This document shows positions 8,803 through 18,528 of a stretch of DNA of 64,000 nucleotides, one piece after another. The stretch comes from a virus. The stretch lies in IMG/VR virus record IMGVR_UViG_3300045988_183134, positions 64,001 to 128,000 of that record. One strand, given 5' to 3'. The notes beneath the pieces were generated by a model. That model was given only the letters and a program-made list of their open reading frames with translations, ran no database searches and was not told the DNA's origin. Position numbers and translations under genes: made by a program. How positions within the stretch are numbered: position 1 is the stretch's first letter; every line of letters begins with the position of its first letter.

Positions 8803-9687
8803 ATGAATTTCATCAATGCCGCCACCAAGAAAGAACGCACCCATGTAGAAGAAATTATCAAGTCTCAGCCTGTTATGCCTCATGAAGGCATAACTGCCAC
8901 TGAGATTGGTATTTGCGGCAAGCAGAATCTTTTCATGGACGTTTATCGCCCGGATAACGATGCCGAAAAGCATCCGATTATCATCGATATCCATGGCGGC
9001 GGCTTGATTGCTGGCCGGAAAGAACAGAATCAGAACCTGGCAACCTGGCTCGCTAAGGAAGGCTATCTCACCTTTGTACCGGATTACCGTCTGGTCCCTG
9101 AAACCAACATCTTTGGTCAAATCACTGATGTCATCAATGCGTTTGCTACTGTAGCTGAATGCGCTGAAGACTTCGGTGGTGACTTGAATCAGGTCTTTGT
9201 AGTAGCCGACAGCGCTGGCGCATTCCTTGCCTGCATGGCAAGCTCTATTCTCCGCTATCCTGTCAAGATGCAGCCGGTAGAGGACGAACTGGAAGAGAAC
9301 GTACCCGAGGCAGCCAAGAAGCTCGTCATCAACGCGATGGGCCTGCAGAGCGGTATGTATTACATCTACAAGGGCCAGGTAGGTTTGCTTCAGAACTACT
9401 ATATGTCTAAGGGCTGGAAGAATCACAGTTATGCTGAGTTCATCAAGCCTGAAACCTATTCCAAACTCATCCCCCCGTGCTATATCTGCACCGGGAAAAA
9501 GGACTTTCTCAAGAAACAGACTTTTGGGTTTAAGAAATGCCTCGAAAACGAGCGCGTTCACCACGACTACGGTTTTGTTTCCAAGAGAGAAACGGTCCAT
9601 GCTTTTGCAGCGCTCTATCCTGAGACTGAATCTGCAGTCGGTGTGAACCGCGAGATGATTCGATTCTTTGACACCTTCAAAAAATAA
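8803..9687 (+). CDS. alpha/beta hydrolase, hormone-sensitive-lipase-like esterase (294 aa)
   Basis: HGGG oxyanion motif (IIIDIHGGGLIAG), nucleophile elbow (VVADSAGA), and a late H in VHHDYGF. Confidence 0.8.
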   Translation: MNFINAATKKERTHVEEIIKSQPVMPHEGITATEIGICGKQNLFMDVYRPDNDAEKHPIIIDIHGGGLIAGRKEQNQNLATWLAKEGYLTFVPDYRLVPETNIFGQITDVINAFATVAECAEDFGGDLNQVFVVADSAGAFLACMASSILRYPVKMQPVEDELEENVPEAAKKLVINAMGLQSGMYYIYKGQVGLLQNYYMSKGWKNHSYAEFIKPETYSKLIPPCYICTGKKDFLKKQTFGFKKCLENERVHHDYGFVSKRETVHAFAALYPETESAVGVNREMIRFFDTFKK

Positions 9688-9702
9688 CAAGGAGCATATT
9701 TT

Positions 9703-10113
9703 ATGACTCACAACGAAATGGTTCATGGTCTCTGCACGCAGGAAACTATTACCGTACAGGACTTTGCTGAACTGATACGATTCACGCTCGATGCCAATGA
9801 AGAAGTCATCTACGACGGATGGATTAACGTCTACGTCCCTATCTGGTTCGATGCAGACAAAGCATTTGGCCTTGATTTGAACTCAGAAGAAAATGCAGAT
9901 TGGATTAACATGTACATTGACTGGCATCCGGACGATACCATTCGTACATACATTTCCTACTGCAACAATTCCACCGATGACCCCGACTTCAATCTCGAAA
10001 TCATCATGAGCCCTCACCACCGGGAATTGTTCAATGCGTATTTCAAAGAACAGTTTAAGGCGGTTTATCACATGAGTGTCGAAGAAGCGTGGGCTAAATT
10101 CGGCACCGAATAA
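9703..10113 (+). CDS. hypothetical protein (136 aa)
   Basis: AAGGAG RBS; tightly packed in the operon. Confidence 0.6.
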   Translation: MTHNEMVHGLCTQETITVQDFAELIRFTLDANEEVIYDGWINVYVPIWFDADKAFGLDLNSEENADWINMYIDWHPDDTIRTYISYCNNSTDDPDFNLEIIMSPHHRELFNAYFKEQFKAVYHMSVEEAWAKFGTE

Positions 10114-10132
10114 TATAGTGAGGAGATATATC

Positions 10133-10621
10133 ATGGCACGTAAAGAAATCAAAATTTTCATGGACGCCAAGGAAGCTGCCAGTTTCCTGAAAACTATCGA
10201 TTGGTCCTGGCTGTTCGGCTTTCTCAGTGAGCGCTATAACGTTTCGCTCAGCCCTCACAAAGAGCTGAAAGACAACGGCGCAGCAATCATCAAGGTCGAA
10301 TGGCCTGATGAACTGATTGAAAAGTGCGGAATGATGGCTGATGTCTTCTCGTCAGTCAAGCTCGTCACGTTCGATTCGTATTTCAAGGAAATCGTGGAAT
10401 ACGATGAAGATAAGTTCAATGAAGAACGTGAAGCATGGCTTACCAATCCGACAAAGACGTTCAGCTATCTCGATTGCGAGGGCATCGTCAAGGAACGGAC
10501 TCTTGCGCTGAACATCTCCCTTCGCTATACGCTGTATGACGGAGGCTACAATTTCGCAACGCTGCTCTATGCGGTTTATTCCGATGTGAACGGCTGGACT
10601 GTACAGATGAAAAAGGAGTAA
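10133..10621 (+). CDS. hypothetical protein (162 aa), paralog of 22771..23286
   Basis: GAGGAG RBS before ATG 10133. Shares IDWxxLFxF, WPxxLxxKCG and GGYNFAxL..GW motifs with ORF 22771. Confidence 0.65.
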   Translation: MARKEIKIFMDAKEAASFLKTIDWSWLFGFLSERYNVSLSPHKELKDNGAAIIKVEWPDELIEKCGMMADVFSSVKLVTFDSYFKEIVEYDEDKFNEEREAWLTNPTKTFSYLDCEGIVKERTLALNISLRYTLYDGGYNFATLLYAVYSDVNGWTVQMKKE

Positions 10622-10626
10622 TAGCA

Positions 10627-11169
10627 ATGGTTGAAATGGCATTCAAAGTAAATCCCGGTTCCGAATTCTACAAGAATTATTTTTCGACAAAGGAGGAAAA
10701 AGCGCACTTCGTTGAAATTGCAAAGCAGTTCTTCGACAAATATTTCCCTGATGAGAAGCTTTCGTATGTTTTGAATGACCGGTTGACGGTCGAATTGACA
10801 CCAGAGCTGCTCGCCAAATACGAATCTCAGGTCATGAAACGCCGTGACCCTCACGGTTTTGTCATCTTCAAACAGCGTTCGCCCATGAACTGCCTGTGGG
10901 AAGATGAGGTCTGTAAGAACGTGAACGGCAAGAAATTCCTTGCCAACCAGTTCTGGTGGGCCAACTTCAACGGTTTTGGCCGCATCACTACGGAGCTGTG
11001 GGATGATGAGCAGGGAAATATCTACGGATATTATTCCTGCGAATATGCAACTCGCAGCACCAAGGTTCCAGACACCGTTACGCAGATTAAGCTGAGTGAA
11101 TATCACGCGGCTTGCGAAGCATACACGGAAGCCAAAAAAGCAACTGCTGACGCCGCTGCTACAGCTTGA
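10627..11169 (+). CDS. hypothetical protein (180 aa)
   Basis: AAAGGAG RBS. Confidence 0.6.
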   Translation: MVEMAFKVNPGSEFYKNYFSTKEEKAHFVEIAKQFFDKYFPDEKLSYVLNDRLTVELTPELLAKYESQVMKRRDPHGFVIFKQRSPMNCLWEDEVCKNVNGKKFLANQFWWANFNGFGRITTELWDDEQGNIYGYYSCEYATRSTKVPDTVTQIKLSEYHAACEAYTEAKKATADAAATA

Positions 11170-11296
11170 CGCTGCTTGCGATGCCGGTAAAATTGTGAAT
11201 GTACGATAGATAGCATCTGCGCATTTCAGCACTCGTACAATTCACAAACTGATACAACTAGGCAGACTCATCACCACGATGGGCCTGCCTTTTTTG
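11166..11296 (+). promoter_or_regulatory. promoter-leader module, copy 2
   Basis: TTGACG-N4-TTGCGAT-N5-TAAAAT (11166-11193); ATTGTGAATGTACGATAGATA (11191-11212); CTCGTACAATTCACAA (11232-11247); hairpin GGCAGACTCA..TGGGCCTGCC plus T6 (11261-11295). Confidence 0.7.
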
Positions 11297-11319
11297 TTTA
11301 CAGAAAAAGGAGAAAAAAT

Positions 11320-11889
11320 ATGAACACAAAACGAATCAAAGAATTGGCTGCACTGACCGATGGAGAACTCGCAAGGAAACTTCTCATCCAGGAGTTTGGC
11401 AATGACTCTGAAACCCATTGGGGAAACAACGCACACGATGAACGTGTGATGGTTACTATCAATCCAGACGGAATCGCTCAAAGGACCTGGGAATCCGACC
11501 ATTGGGTTCGCCTTGACGAATTCGACAAAGACGGTTTCTATGCCCGTGAGATTTACGAGGGAAAATGGGTCGATGAGCCATTGCCCAAAAACGTCATTGC
11601 ACGAAATGTCACAATTGCTGCACCGAAACCTATTCAGCAGGAATCCAAAGACACTGAAATTCTTCGAGCGGCACAAGTCCTGTGCAAGCAGCTGACCGGA
11701 GATGACACCTTTGGATGGAATCCTGAGCTTCTTGCACAGATTGCGGATTGCACGGCAGCTTTGCTTGCCACCAACGGAATCAGCTCTCATTTTCCGAGCG
11801 CCAATACTGAACCCATCTGCTCTTGGGAAAAGCCGGTCGTCGAATATCAGCGTCCGGATTACGCCCTGGAGTATGGTACTAACTACTAA
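11320..11889 (+). CDS. hypothetical protein (189 aa)
   Basis: AAAGGAG RBS after module copy 2. Confidence 0.6.
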   Translation: MNTKRIKELAALTDGELARKLLIQEFGNDSETHWGNNAHDERVMVTINPDGIAQRTWESDHWVRLDEFDKDGFYAREIYEGKWVDEPLPKNVIARNVTIAAPKPIQQESKDTEILRAAQVLCKQLTGDDTFGWNPELLAQIADCTAALLATNGISSHFPSANTEPICSWEKPVVEYQRPDYALEYGTNY

Positions 11890-11904
11890 AACGAGGAGGA
11901 TATC

Positions 11905-12292
11905 ATGGCAAAAAAACTATTTTGGTGTCGTTCTGACCACCAAGGAACACGATAAATATCGTCTTGTAGTATACCGCTATAAGGACCCTGGCATCCTTAA
12001 TACCTGCCCGATGTGTCAGCTGCTTCGGGCCATTCACAAATTCCAGCAGGAATACACTGAAATTCACCGCGAACATTGCAGCCGTATCCCGCCTCGCAAG
12101 TGGTATGAGCTTGGCAGAGTAATGCCGAGTATCGTTCTGCGGAAATACGGCCTGGAAAAGCATTACGAGATGTCATTTGAGCCGAGCCGCGTACCTCCGG
12201 CCTCTGCGCTGAAACTCATCCCTGGTGCGACCGCTTCTAACTGGAAGCAGTACATCTGGTACGTTGATGGTGATGTGACGATGCTTGGCTAA
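11905..12292 (+). pseudogene. frameshifted gene (A7 tract at 11910-11916) or slippage-dependent CDS
   Basis: GAGGAGG plus ATG 11905 opens a 16-codon frame. The long ORF ending at 12292 is in the +1 frame. Removing one A gives an intact MAKNYFGVVLTTKEHDKYRLVVYRY... of about 128 aa. Confidence 0.6.
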
Positions 12293-12298
12293 AGACCA

Positions 12299-12431
12299 TT
12301 GCACATTCGTGCGAGACTCATACAATTAGAATTGTACGATAGATACCAGCAATCGAAAAGGTGCTTTGCCTTTCGTACAATTCACATTTCGCTTGAAGGC
12401 GGACTTCCAATATCTGGAGGTCCGCCTTTTT
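12299..12431 (+). promoter_or_regulatory. promoter-leader module, copy 3
   Basis: TTGCAC-N4-GTGCGAG-N5-TACAAT (12299-12326); TTGTACGATAGATACC (12332); TCGTACAATTCACA (12373); GGCGGACTTCC..GGAGGTCCGCC plus T5 (12398-12431). Confidence 0.75.
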
Positions 12432-12460
12432 GCGTACTTACAAAAAAAGGAGTGTAAATT

Positions 12461-12751
12461 ATGTTTATCATCACAAAAACTTTTACCGATGACGAGGGCC
12501 ATCTTTTCACAAAGGTAAATCCAAAGCAGTATTCCACTCCCGGAGAAGCATACGATGCTATGCGTGAGGATTACCTCAACGAGCTCAAAAGCCGAGGTCT
12601 TGAGGACAACGGTAGTTCCAATGACGATGGCGAATCCTGCCCTGGCGGATACATCATCAGCGATGAGGCTCAAATCTACGATTTTGCCCAATACACCCCG
12701 TATGAACAGCTTCTTCCTGCTGTTTTGTTCGGAGTCCATCGGATTGGTTAA
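12461..12751 (+). CDS. hypothetical protein (96 aa)
   Basis: AAAGGAGTGTA RBS conserved with other modules. Confidence 0.6.
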   Translation: MFIITKTFTDDEGHLFTKVNPKQYSTPGEAYDAMREDYLNELKSRGLEDNGSSNDDGESCPGGYIISDEAQIYDFAQYTPYEQLLPAVLFGVHRIG

Positions 12752-12762
12752 GGAGAATCGCA

Positions 12763-13569
12763 ATGGCTAAGAAAAGTGCAAGAAAAGAAATCACAAAAAT
12801 CAACCTGAAACAAGCTGCGCTCGAAGGTCTTTCCTACGAGAGAGCCTGTGAAACTGCCAAGCGTGCAGGGACCCCCTCTTATCGCTTCACGGTCGGCGAC
12901 AAAGTACAGGTTGGTCACCTTCTAAACTGCGTTGTTGACGAGGCTCTGGAAGGCGGGTACATGTATCTTATCCGCAGTGGTGCAAATTGTGACGACTATT
13001 CCTGCTGGGCCTGGACAAGTGTTCGCCCACTGGATAATGGCAATAGCACGCATTTTGCCAAGCGCAATTCTGCACTGTCCCGCCTGCACTACTCAAACCG
13101 CAGCATGTACTCTCTGCTCAGCTTCCAATACCTGTTCGGCATTGATTTCAACCCTGATTATCAGCGTGGTTCTGTTTGGGGTGATGAGGACAGGGAAAAG
13201 CTGTTGGACAGCATCTTTATGGGTCGCGAGATTGGTCGTTTCGTCTTTAAGCAGCTGCCATTCACTCGCACAAGCAACGATGGCAACTACTATGAAATCG
13301 TTGATGGCAAGCAGCGTATGTTGACCTTGCTTGCTTTTTACGAAAACCGATTCCCGTACAAAGGTGTATTTTACAACGACCTTTCCGTTCTGGATAAAAA
13401 CTGGTTCATGGATGCTTCCATTGGTGTTGCTGAACTTGACCAGAATGCGACCCGTGCGGAGGTCCTGGAAGTATTTCTCGCTCTGAACGAAGGCGGTAAG
13501 CCTGTCACAAAGGAAGTCCTCGACCATGCACGCGAATTGCTGAACGAAGAGAAGGGAGAAGGATTATGA
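12763..13569 (+). CDS. DUF262 / ParB-like nuclease-domain protein (268 aa)
   Basis: DYQRGSVWGDEDREKLLDSIFMG and YEIVDGKQRMLTL match the DUF262 (GmrSD N-terminal) signature. No HNH/DUF1524 half is present. Confidence 0.7.
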   Translation: MAKKSARKEITKINLKQAALEGLSYERACETAKRAGTPSYRFTVGDKVQVGHLLNCVVDEALEGGYMYLIRSGANCDDYSCWAWTSVRPLDNGNSTHFAKRNSALSRLHYSNRSMYSLLSFQYLFGIDFNPDYQRGSVWGDEDREKLLDSIFMGREIGRFVFKQLPFTRTSNDGNYYEIVDGKQRMLTLLAFYENRFPYKGVFYNDLSVLDKNWFMDASIGVAELDQNATRAEVLEVFLALNEGGKPVTKEVLDHARELLNEEKGEGL

Positions 13570-14243
13570 GTCCCATGTTCAAACAAAAGGTCGGTATGAC
13601 GAAAATTTATGCAAAAGGAATCGCAGAACTCTTTCTTATTCGCTGCAATCCCTATCATTGGGACGGCAGCGGGGAAGTGCCTGATAACATCAGCTTCGAT
13701 GTGTACAAGCGAAAAATCGATGAAACATACGATGGCTGCACACTCGAAATTCAGCTTTGCAAACCTGATGGTTGTCTTTGCTATGCGGCTTCTGTTCACC
13801 TGTATGAAGGCGGATTCTGGACAGGGCACGGCATTGGCTGTTTCGACAAGACTGCGATTTGCAACGACCCTGGTTCTGTCGATGCCTTGACAAGCGCCAT
13901 CATGCGAGTGTGCATGATATACGAAAATCTCACAAATTTCCGCAAGGTTTTCGTCAAGTGCCTTACCATCAGCCAGAAACGAATGAACGAAATCAAGCAG
14001 TATACCGATGACGGCAAAGAGCAGGATGAGATTGAGTTCGAATCCGTTGTCTTCGCCGATGGTATGCACATGGATGTTCGCTGCATCCCACGCCACAATG
14101 GACCTTCCTGGTGCGAAGCGGCTATTTATCGTGAGGATGAGGATATCGTCACGTCTGAGCCGAGCAACTCGTTCTACAGCCATTGGGTTTGCCAGACGGC
14201 AAACGCCACCTACCATCTTTATATAGGTATTGCTGACGAATGA
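13566..14243 (+). CDS. hypothetical protein (225 aa), shares a C-terminal domain with 19291..20601
   Basis: ATGA start/stop overlap with the upstream gene. FADGMHMDVRCIP..SWCEAAIY aligns with FSDGYSMDIRCCG..SWAEAILY. Confidence 0.6.
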   Translation: MSPMFKQKVGMTKIYAKGIAELFLIRCNPYHWDGSGEVPDNISFDVYKRKIDETYDGCTLEIQLCKPDGCLCYAASVHLYEGGFWTGHGIGCFDKTAICNDPGSVDALTSAIMRVCMIYENLTNFRKVFVKCLTISQKRMNEIKQYTDDGKEQDEIEFESVVFADGMHMDVRCIPRHNGPSWCEAAIYREDEDIVTSEPSNSFYSHWVCQTANATYHLYIGIADE

Positions 14244-14246
14244 AAC

Positions 14247-14382
14247 TTGACGCGCCTTGCGAACAGCATATCATAGAAATTGTACGATAGATACCAATAA
14301 TCGAAAGGGCATTTTGCCTTTCGTACAATTCACAATTTCGCATGAAGAGCGGACTTCCCACATCGGGAGGTCCGCTCTTTTT
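14247..14382 (+). promoter_or_regulatory. promoter-leader module, copy 4
   Basis: TTGACG-N4-TTGCGAA-N5-TATCAT (14247-14274); TTGTACGATAGATACC (14280); TCGTACAATTCACAAT (14321); GAGCGGACTTCCC..GGGAGGTCCGCTC plus T5 (14347-14382). Confidence 0.75.
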
Positions 14383-14412
14383 GCGTTATAACAACAAAAG
14401 GAGTGTATTTTT

Positions 14413-14898
14413 ATGAAAATGACAATCACAGGCCAAATTGATGGCAAATCCGTGCCGATAACTATTCCGATTGAAAAAGTTATCGAAGCTTTCTGGCCTT
14501 ACGCCACCAAACCTTCTGCTCTCTCTGTTTCCACTGAGCTTGACGCAGACGGCATCAGTGCTAACTTTATGCTCGGCCAGGAAACGAAGGATTCTTATCC
14601 CGGTATCTGGCTCACCAGCAAAAACAGCAATACCGGTCGTGCAGGTTTCTGGTTCTGTTTGGAGCTGCCGAACGAAACCAACGACATGGTAAAAGGCTAT
14701 CTGTACGCTGGCGATGATGAAACAGAGACGGACCAACCTCTAGCTGTTATCGCTGATGGCGTTCGCAACGACGACGATGACTCAAAGCGCATGCTTTGGG
14801 TGGATGAGTCGTTGACTCACGTTGAACCTCTAACCGACAACTATCTGAAACGCCAAGGCGCTGCCACCGAAAAGCAACTCGATGAGTACGACGCTTAA
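14413..14898 (+). CDS. hypothetical protein (161 aa)
   Basis: AAAGGAGTGTA RBS. Confidence 0.6.
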   Translation: MKMTITGQIDGKSVPITIPIEKVIEAFWPYATKPSALSVSTELDADGISANFMLGQETKDSYPGIWLTSKNSNTGRAGFWFCLELPNETNDMVKGYLYAGDDETETDQPLAVIADGVRNDDDDSKRMLWVDESLTHVEPLTDNYLKRQGAATEKQLDEYDA

Positions 14899-14955
14899 AC
14901 TGATACCATAAATTTCCCCACCTAACCAAAAATAACAAATAAGGAGAGTAAAACT

Positions 14956-15984
14956 ATGTATCTCGAAACTATTGATGAAAAAGCGTTCCGCTCTTTTCTT
15001 TCTAATCCTGCTATTTCCGTTCTGGACGGTAACGTTCTGGATAAGCACCACAACTCGAATTTCTACCGTTTTGTCCGCGTTCCTCTTTCCGATGGCGAGC
15101 ATAGTGTCGAGGCATTATTTGGGCAAATGTGCAGTAACTATCCCACCAGCATGAGCAAAAACCATTTTTATGAACAGCATAACCTTGAGTTTATGGCTTA
15201 TGTTGTGGACCACGAAAAGACCTATGCTGAAAGCTATGAGTTCCTGCGATTGTTTGATGTCACCTCTGCTTACACTGGTCCCCATTCCGCAATGGGTGAG
15301 ATGACGAAAACGCTGTGGGATTATCTGGAGCAGAAAACAGTTCTCGACCCTGACTATCTGAACACGCCCGAATTGCAGAACGAGGCTTATGAAAACGCTG
15401 TCAAACAGTATGTCCTGCAAAAGAAAGACACCGCATTTGAAGAAAGCCTTCGTAAATTTCTTGAGCACATTGATGACACCGCGACCATCGAGTTCTTTGC
15501 TAATCCTACCGGATGGGCGGAAAGGGTAGTCAATGTCCTCGATAAGAATCTCACTTCTCGCGATGGCACACCTTTCAGCGAAAGCATCGGGAAAAAATTC
15601 GTTGCCGTCCAACGTCTTACCCAATCAAGGATGCTGGAGTTCCAGTCCAAGCCACATTGTTGGGAAAGTGAGTGCCGTAGTTTGTTTGCTGCGACTGCAA
15701 AAGCAAAAAAAATTCGGCTCGTTATTGAAGCCAATGGAAAAGAAATGCAGGTGCAATATCCTGTTTCCAACCTGATTACTTTTGAAATGATTAAGAATAA
15801 GGTCATTTCTGCATGGGCTATTGCACCGCGCAAGCTCAGCGATGAGGTGAAAGAATTTCTTGCGGAGAACTGCGCTGGCTACAGTAAATACTGGTCTGAT
15901 ATTCCCATGAAGACTGTCTCTCGCATTGAAAGTGGTCGCAAGGTTCTTTGGAAGAATCCTTGCTTTGAGGGAGACAGAAAATAA
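14956..15984 (+). CDS. hypothetical protein (342 aa)
   Basis: AAGGAGAG RBS. Confidence 0.6.
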   Translation: MYLETIDEKAFRSFLSNPAISVLDGNVLDKHHNSNFYRFVRVPLSDGEHSVEALFGQMCSNYPTSMSKNHFYEQHNLEFMAYVVDHEKTYAESYEFLRLFDVTSAYTGPHSAMGEMTKTLWDYLEQKTVLDPDYLNTPELQNEAYENAVKQYVLQKKDTAFEESLRKFLEHIDDTATIEFFANPTGWAERVVNVLDKNLTSRDGTPFSESIGKKFVAVQRLTQSRMLEFQSKPHCWESECRSLFAATAKAKKIRLVIEANGKEMQVQYPVSNLITFEMIKNKVISAWAIAPRKLSDEVKEFLAENCAGYSKYWSDIPMKTVSRIESGRKVLWKNPCFEGDRK

Positions 15985-16030
15985 TGATAGCCGTCAGAAC
16001 AAATTGTGCCGACACTTGATTTATTTCACC

Positions 16031-16061
16031 AGAGTCCCGCAGAAATGCGGGGCTCTTTTTT
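16031..16061 (+). terminator. intrinsic terminator
   Basis: AGAGTCCCGC-agaaat-GCGGGGCTCT followed by T6. Confidence 0.7.
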
Positions 16062-16062
16062 A

Positions 16063-16201
16063 TTGCCAAAATATGCGATTCAGCTAAAATGAAAATTGTA
16101 CGATAGATACCATCTACTTGGCGCGTTTTTTTTGCGTTCGTACAATTCACAATTCTGCAAGCAAAGAGCAGACTCACCGTCTTGGTGGGCCTGCTTTTTT
16201 T
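16063..16201 (+). promoter_or_regulatory. promoter-leader module, copy 5
   Basis: TTGCCA-N4-ATGCGAT-N5-TAAAAT (16063-16090); TTGTACGATAGATACC (16096); TCGTACAATTCACAATT (16138); GCAGACTCACC..GGTGGGCCTGC plus T7 (16168-16201). Confidence 0.75.
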
Positions 16202-16229
16202 GTTTGCACATCTAAAAAGGAGGAAAATT

Positions 16230-16784
16230 ATGAGTCCTACAAATGATATGAAGGCACGTTTATTCGTCGATATGGATGGCACTCTCGCCGTCTGGAAGCA
16301 GGCGGCCTGCTTTGAGGACCTGCTTCAGCCGGGGTATTTCAGAGATTTGCCGCCCTATCAGACGGTTTTGGACGCCGTGAAGATTCTTTGCAACACAAAA
16401 CCAGAACTTGATGTGTATGCACTTTCCGCCTATATGCCGGAAAACCCATATGCAGTTCATGAAAAGAACGCCTGGCTCGACGCTTATCTTCCGGAAATTG
16501 ATTCCGAACACCGCATCTTCGTTGCGTGCGGCAGCAGCAAAGCCAGAGCTGCAGCAAACCGCCTGAAAACGCCGTGCATCGACAGCTCTTTTGTGTTGCT
16601 GGACGATTACTCGGTGAACCTGCATGAATGGAAAGCCAATCGTGGCAGCTGCATTAAGCTCCGCAACGGCATCAACGGCAACGGCGGGACCTGGAAAGGT
16701 GAATCTGTCACTCGATTCGATACCGCCGAAAACATCGCAGACCGTATTTGGAGTATCATCAAAAAAACAAATGCAATGAGCTAA
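16230..16784 (+). CDS. HAD-family 5'(3')-deoxyribonucleotidase-like protein (184 aa)
   Basis: DxDxT motif (LFVDMDGTLAVW) and a late LLDDY motif. AAAGGAGG RBS before ATG 16230. The track start at 16182 lies in the module terminator. Confidence 0.6.
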   Translation: MSPTNDMKARLFVDMDGTLAVWKQAACFEDLLQPGYFRDLPPYQTVLDAVKILCNTKPELDVYALSAYMPENPYAVHEKNAWLDAYLPEIDSEHRIFVACGSSKARAAANRLKTPCIDSSFVLLDDYSVNLHEWKANRGSCIKLRNGINGNGGTWKGESVTRFDTAENIADRIWSIIKKTNAMS

Positions 16785-16796
16785 AGGAGAAATACT

Positions 16797-17012
16797 ATGT
16801 TTCCAAATATCAAAATTGTCGAAGCCATCCGCAAAGAATACCCCGCTGGAACGCGGGTTCGGCTTGTCAAAATGGATGACATCCAGGCACCACCTCTTGG
16901 TACAGAAGGTACGGTTGTTGGTGTCGATGATACCGGCAGCCTCCTGATGCACTGGGACAATGGTTCACATTTGAACATTGTTTATGGTTCGGATGAGGTT
17001 GAGAAAGTCTGA
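16797..17012 (+). CDS. DUF4314-like small protein (71 aa)
   Basis: YPAGTRVRLVKMDDIQAPPLGTEGTVVGVDDTGSLLMHWDNGSHLNIV matches my recollection of the DUF4314 pattern common on Firmicutes mobile elements. Confidence 0.65.
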   Translation: MFPNIKIVEAIRKEYPAGTRVRLVKMDDIQAPPLGTEGTVVGVDDTGSLLMHWDNGSHLNIVYGSDEVEKV

Positions 17013-17021
17013 CAAGCAGAC

Positions 17022-17150
17022 TTGCTCAAACGTGCGATTCCACTAAAATTGAAATTGTACGATAGATAACAGCCCTATGGCCGAAATGCGTACAATTTAC
17101 AATTCTGCAAGACAATCAGCAGACTCACCATCTCGGTGGGCCTGCTTTTT
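17022..17150 (+). promoter_or_regulatory. promoter-leader module, copy 6
   Basis: TTGCTC-N4-GTGCGAT-N5-TAAAAT (17022-17049); TTGTACGATAGATAAC (17055); GCGTACAATTTACAATT (17088); GCAGACTCACC..GGTGGGCCTGC plus T5 (17119-17150). Confidence 0.75.
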
Positions 17151-17179
17151 GCTTTCAAACAATAAAAGGAGAAATAATT

Positions 17180-18025
17180 ATGTATTGCATTCAGTATGAC
17201 GAAATCTGCAAAAAGCACAATTTTGAGCTGAAACACGATGCCCTTGGTGAACGCGTAACCCTCGAGTACCCAGCCGATTCTGTCCCGAAAGATACCATTC
17301 GTCTTTTTCAAAATCATCTTCCTGAGGGAGTATCGGCTATGGCTGAAAAGTACAGCAGCGACCGTTTTGCCATATTCAAGTACAATGCTGCAGCGGCAGC
17401 AGGGAACACCATCGGTCTTACTGAGACCCTGGAAAAAAACAAAAAGGTCTCCGCAGCTCTCTCTGATTTGGCGGACGACCTGAAACAGGCAGAGCTGGAA
17501 GCCAAGACTTGGGTTTGCACCGACCCTGATACATGCCAGTGGCGACGTCAGGTTGGCGGAACCCGATACGAGCTATACGACATTTTCGAAGCTCCAAATG
17601 GCACCTATTTTGTCGTACACGGTGAAGTAGACCCGACCGAGCTTGACCCGGATGACTACGACCAGCTGCTGGAGGCATATTCCGGTTTGCTGGACTCTGC
17701 CAACTGTGAAAGCGAACGCTGGGCATTGATTGCTGAGGCGCAGTTTGAGACCGAAGAACTCTCGATGGAGCGCGAACGCTTTTCAACTTATGAAGGAGCC
17801 GAAAGGGCAATTTGGAAAAAGGTTGGGGCTGACGTTTCAGATGAGAATTCTGCGACCGAAACCCGCCTTGATGCGATTCGGAAACTCGATAAGTTTCATC
17901 TTGCCGTCTTTCTGAACGATGTTCACAGCGGTGCAAAAGACTTTCCTTCCAACAACATGAGCTGGTGTGACTGGCTCAATAAGCCTGATGATGGTCATTT
18001 GTTGGATGTGAAGACTGCTCGATGA
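17180..18025 (+). CDS. hypothetical protein (281 aa)
   Basis: AAAGGAG RBS; acidic protein. Confidence 0.6.
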   Translation: MYCIQYDEICKKHNFELKHDALGERVTLEYPADSVPKDTIRLFQNHLPEGVSAMAEKYSSDRFAIFKYNAAAAAGNTIGLTETLEKNKKVSAALSDLADDLKQAELEAKTWVCTDPDTCQWRRQVGGTRYELYDIFEAPNGTYFVVHGEVDPTELDPDDYDQLLEAYSGLLDSANCESERWALIAEAQFETEELSMERERFSTYEGAERAIWKKVGADVSDENSATETRLDAIRKLDKFHLAVFLNDVHSGAKDFPSNNMSWCDWLNKPDDGHLLDVKTAR

Positions 18026-18510
18026 AACAAGTATGCGTTAAAGCTGATGATAGCCAAACCATCACTGCTATATATGAATTTCTGCACGACTTGGATAATG
18101 AGTATAGCAATTTTAGTAAATGGTACTATAGTACAGTCGTTCCCGGATTGGCAAGTGAAAATCGGATAATTTATACTGTTCTGGACGATGGGAAAATAGT
18201 TGCCGTTCTAATACTAAAAGATTCTGATGAAAAGAAAATTTGTACATTAAGAGTAGCTGAACATTACCGCTGCCAAGGGATTGCTACAAAATTGCTAAAA
18301 ATCGCACATCAGGCATTACAATGTACAAATCCACTCATTACCGTTTCATCAATTCATATCAACGAATTTGAATTTCTGCTAAAGAAAAACGGCTTTACCC
18401 TTTATAAAAAATACGAAAACTACTACAAGCAAGGAATTGTAGAATATGCTTTTAACGGCTTATTGCCTGAAAAGCAAAACGATTGCCGCTTGTCGCAAAA
18501 TGTGGTATAA
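18022..18510 (+). CDS. GNAT-family acetyltransferase-like protein (162 aa)
   Basis: ATGA overlap with the upstream gene. LRVAEHYRCQGIATKLL fits the acetyl-CoA-binding (Q/R)xxGxA loop. AT-richer than its neighbours. Confidence 0.55.
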   Translation: MKQVCVKADDSQTITAIYEFLHDLDNEYSNFSKWYYSTVVPGLASENRIIYTVLDDGKIVAVLILKDSDEKKICTLRVAEHYRCQGIATKLLKIAHQALQCTNPLITVSSIHINEFEFLLKKNGFTLYKKYENYYKQGIVEYAFNGLLPEKQNDCRLSQNVV

Positions 18511-18528
18511 TAGTAAAGAGGTGATACC

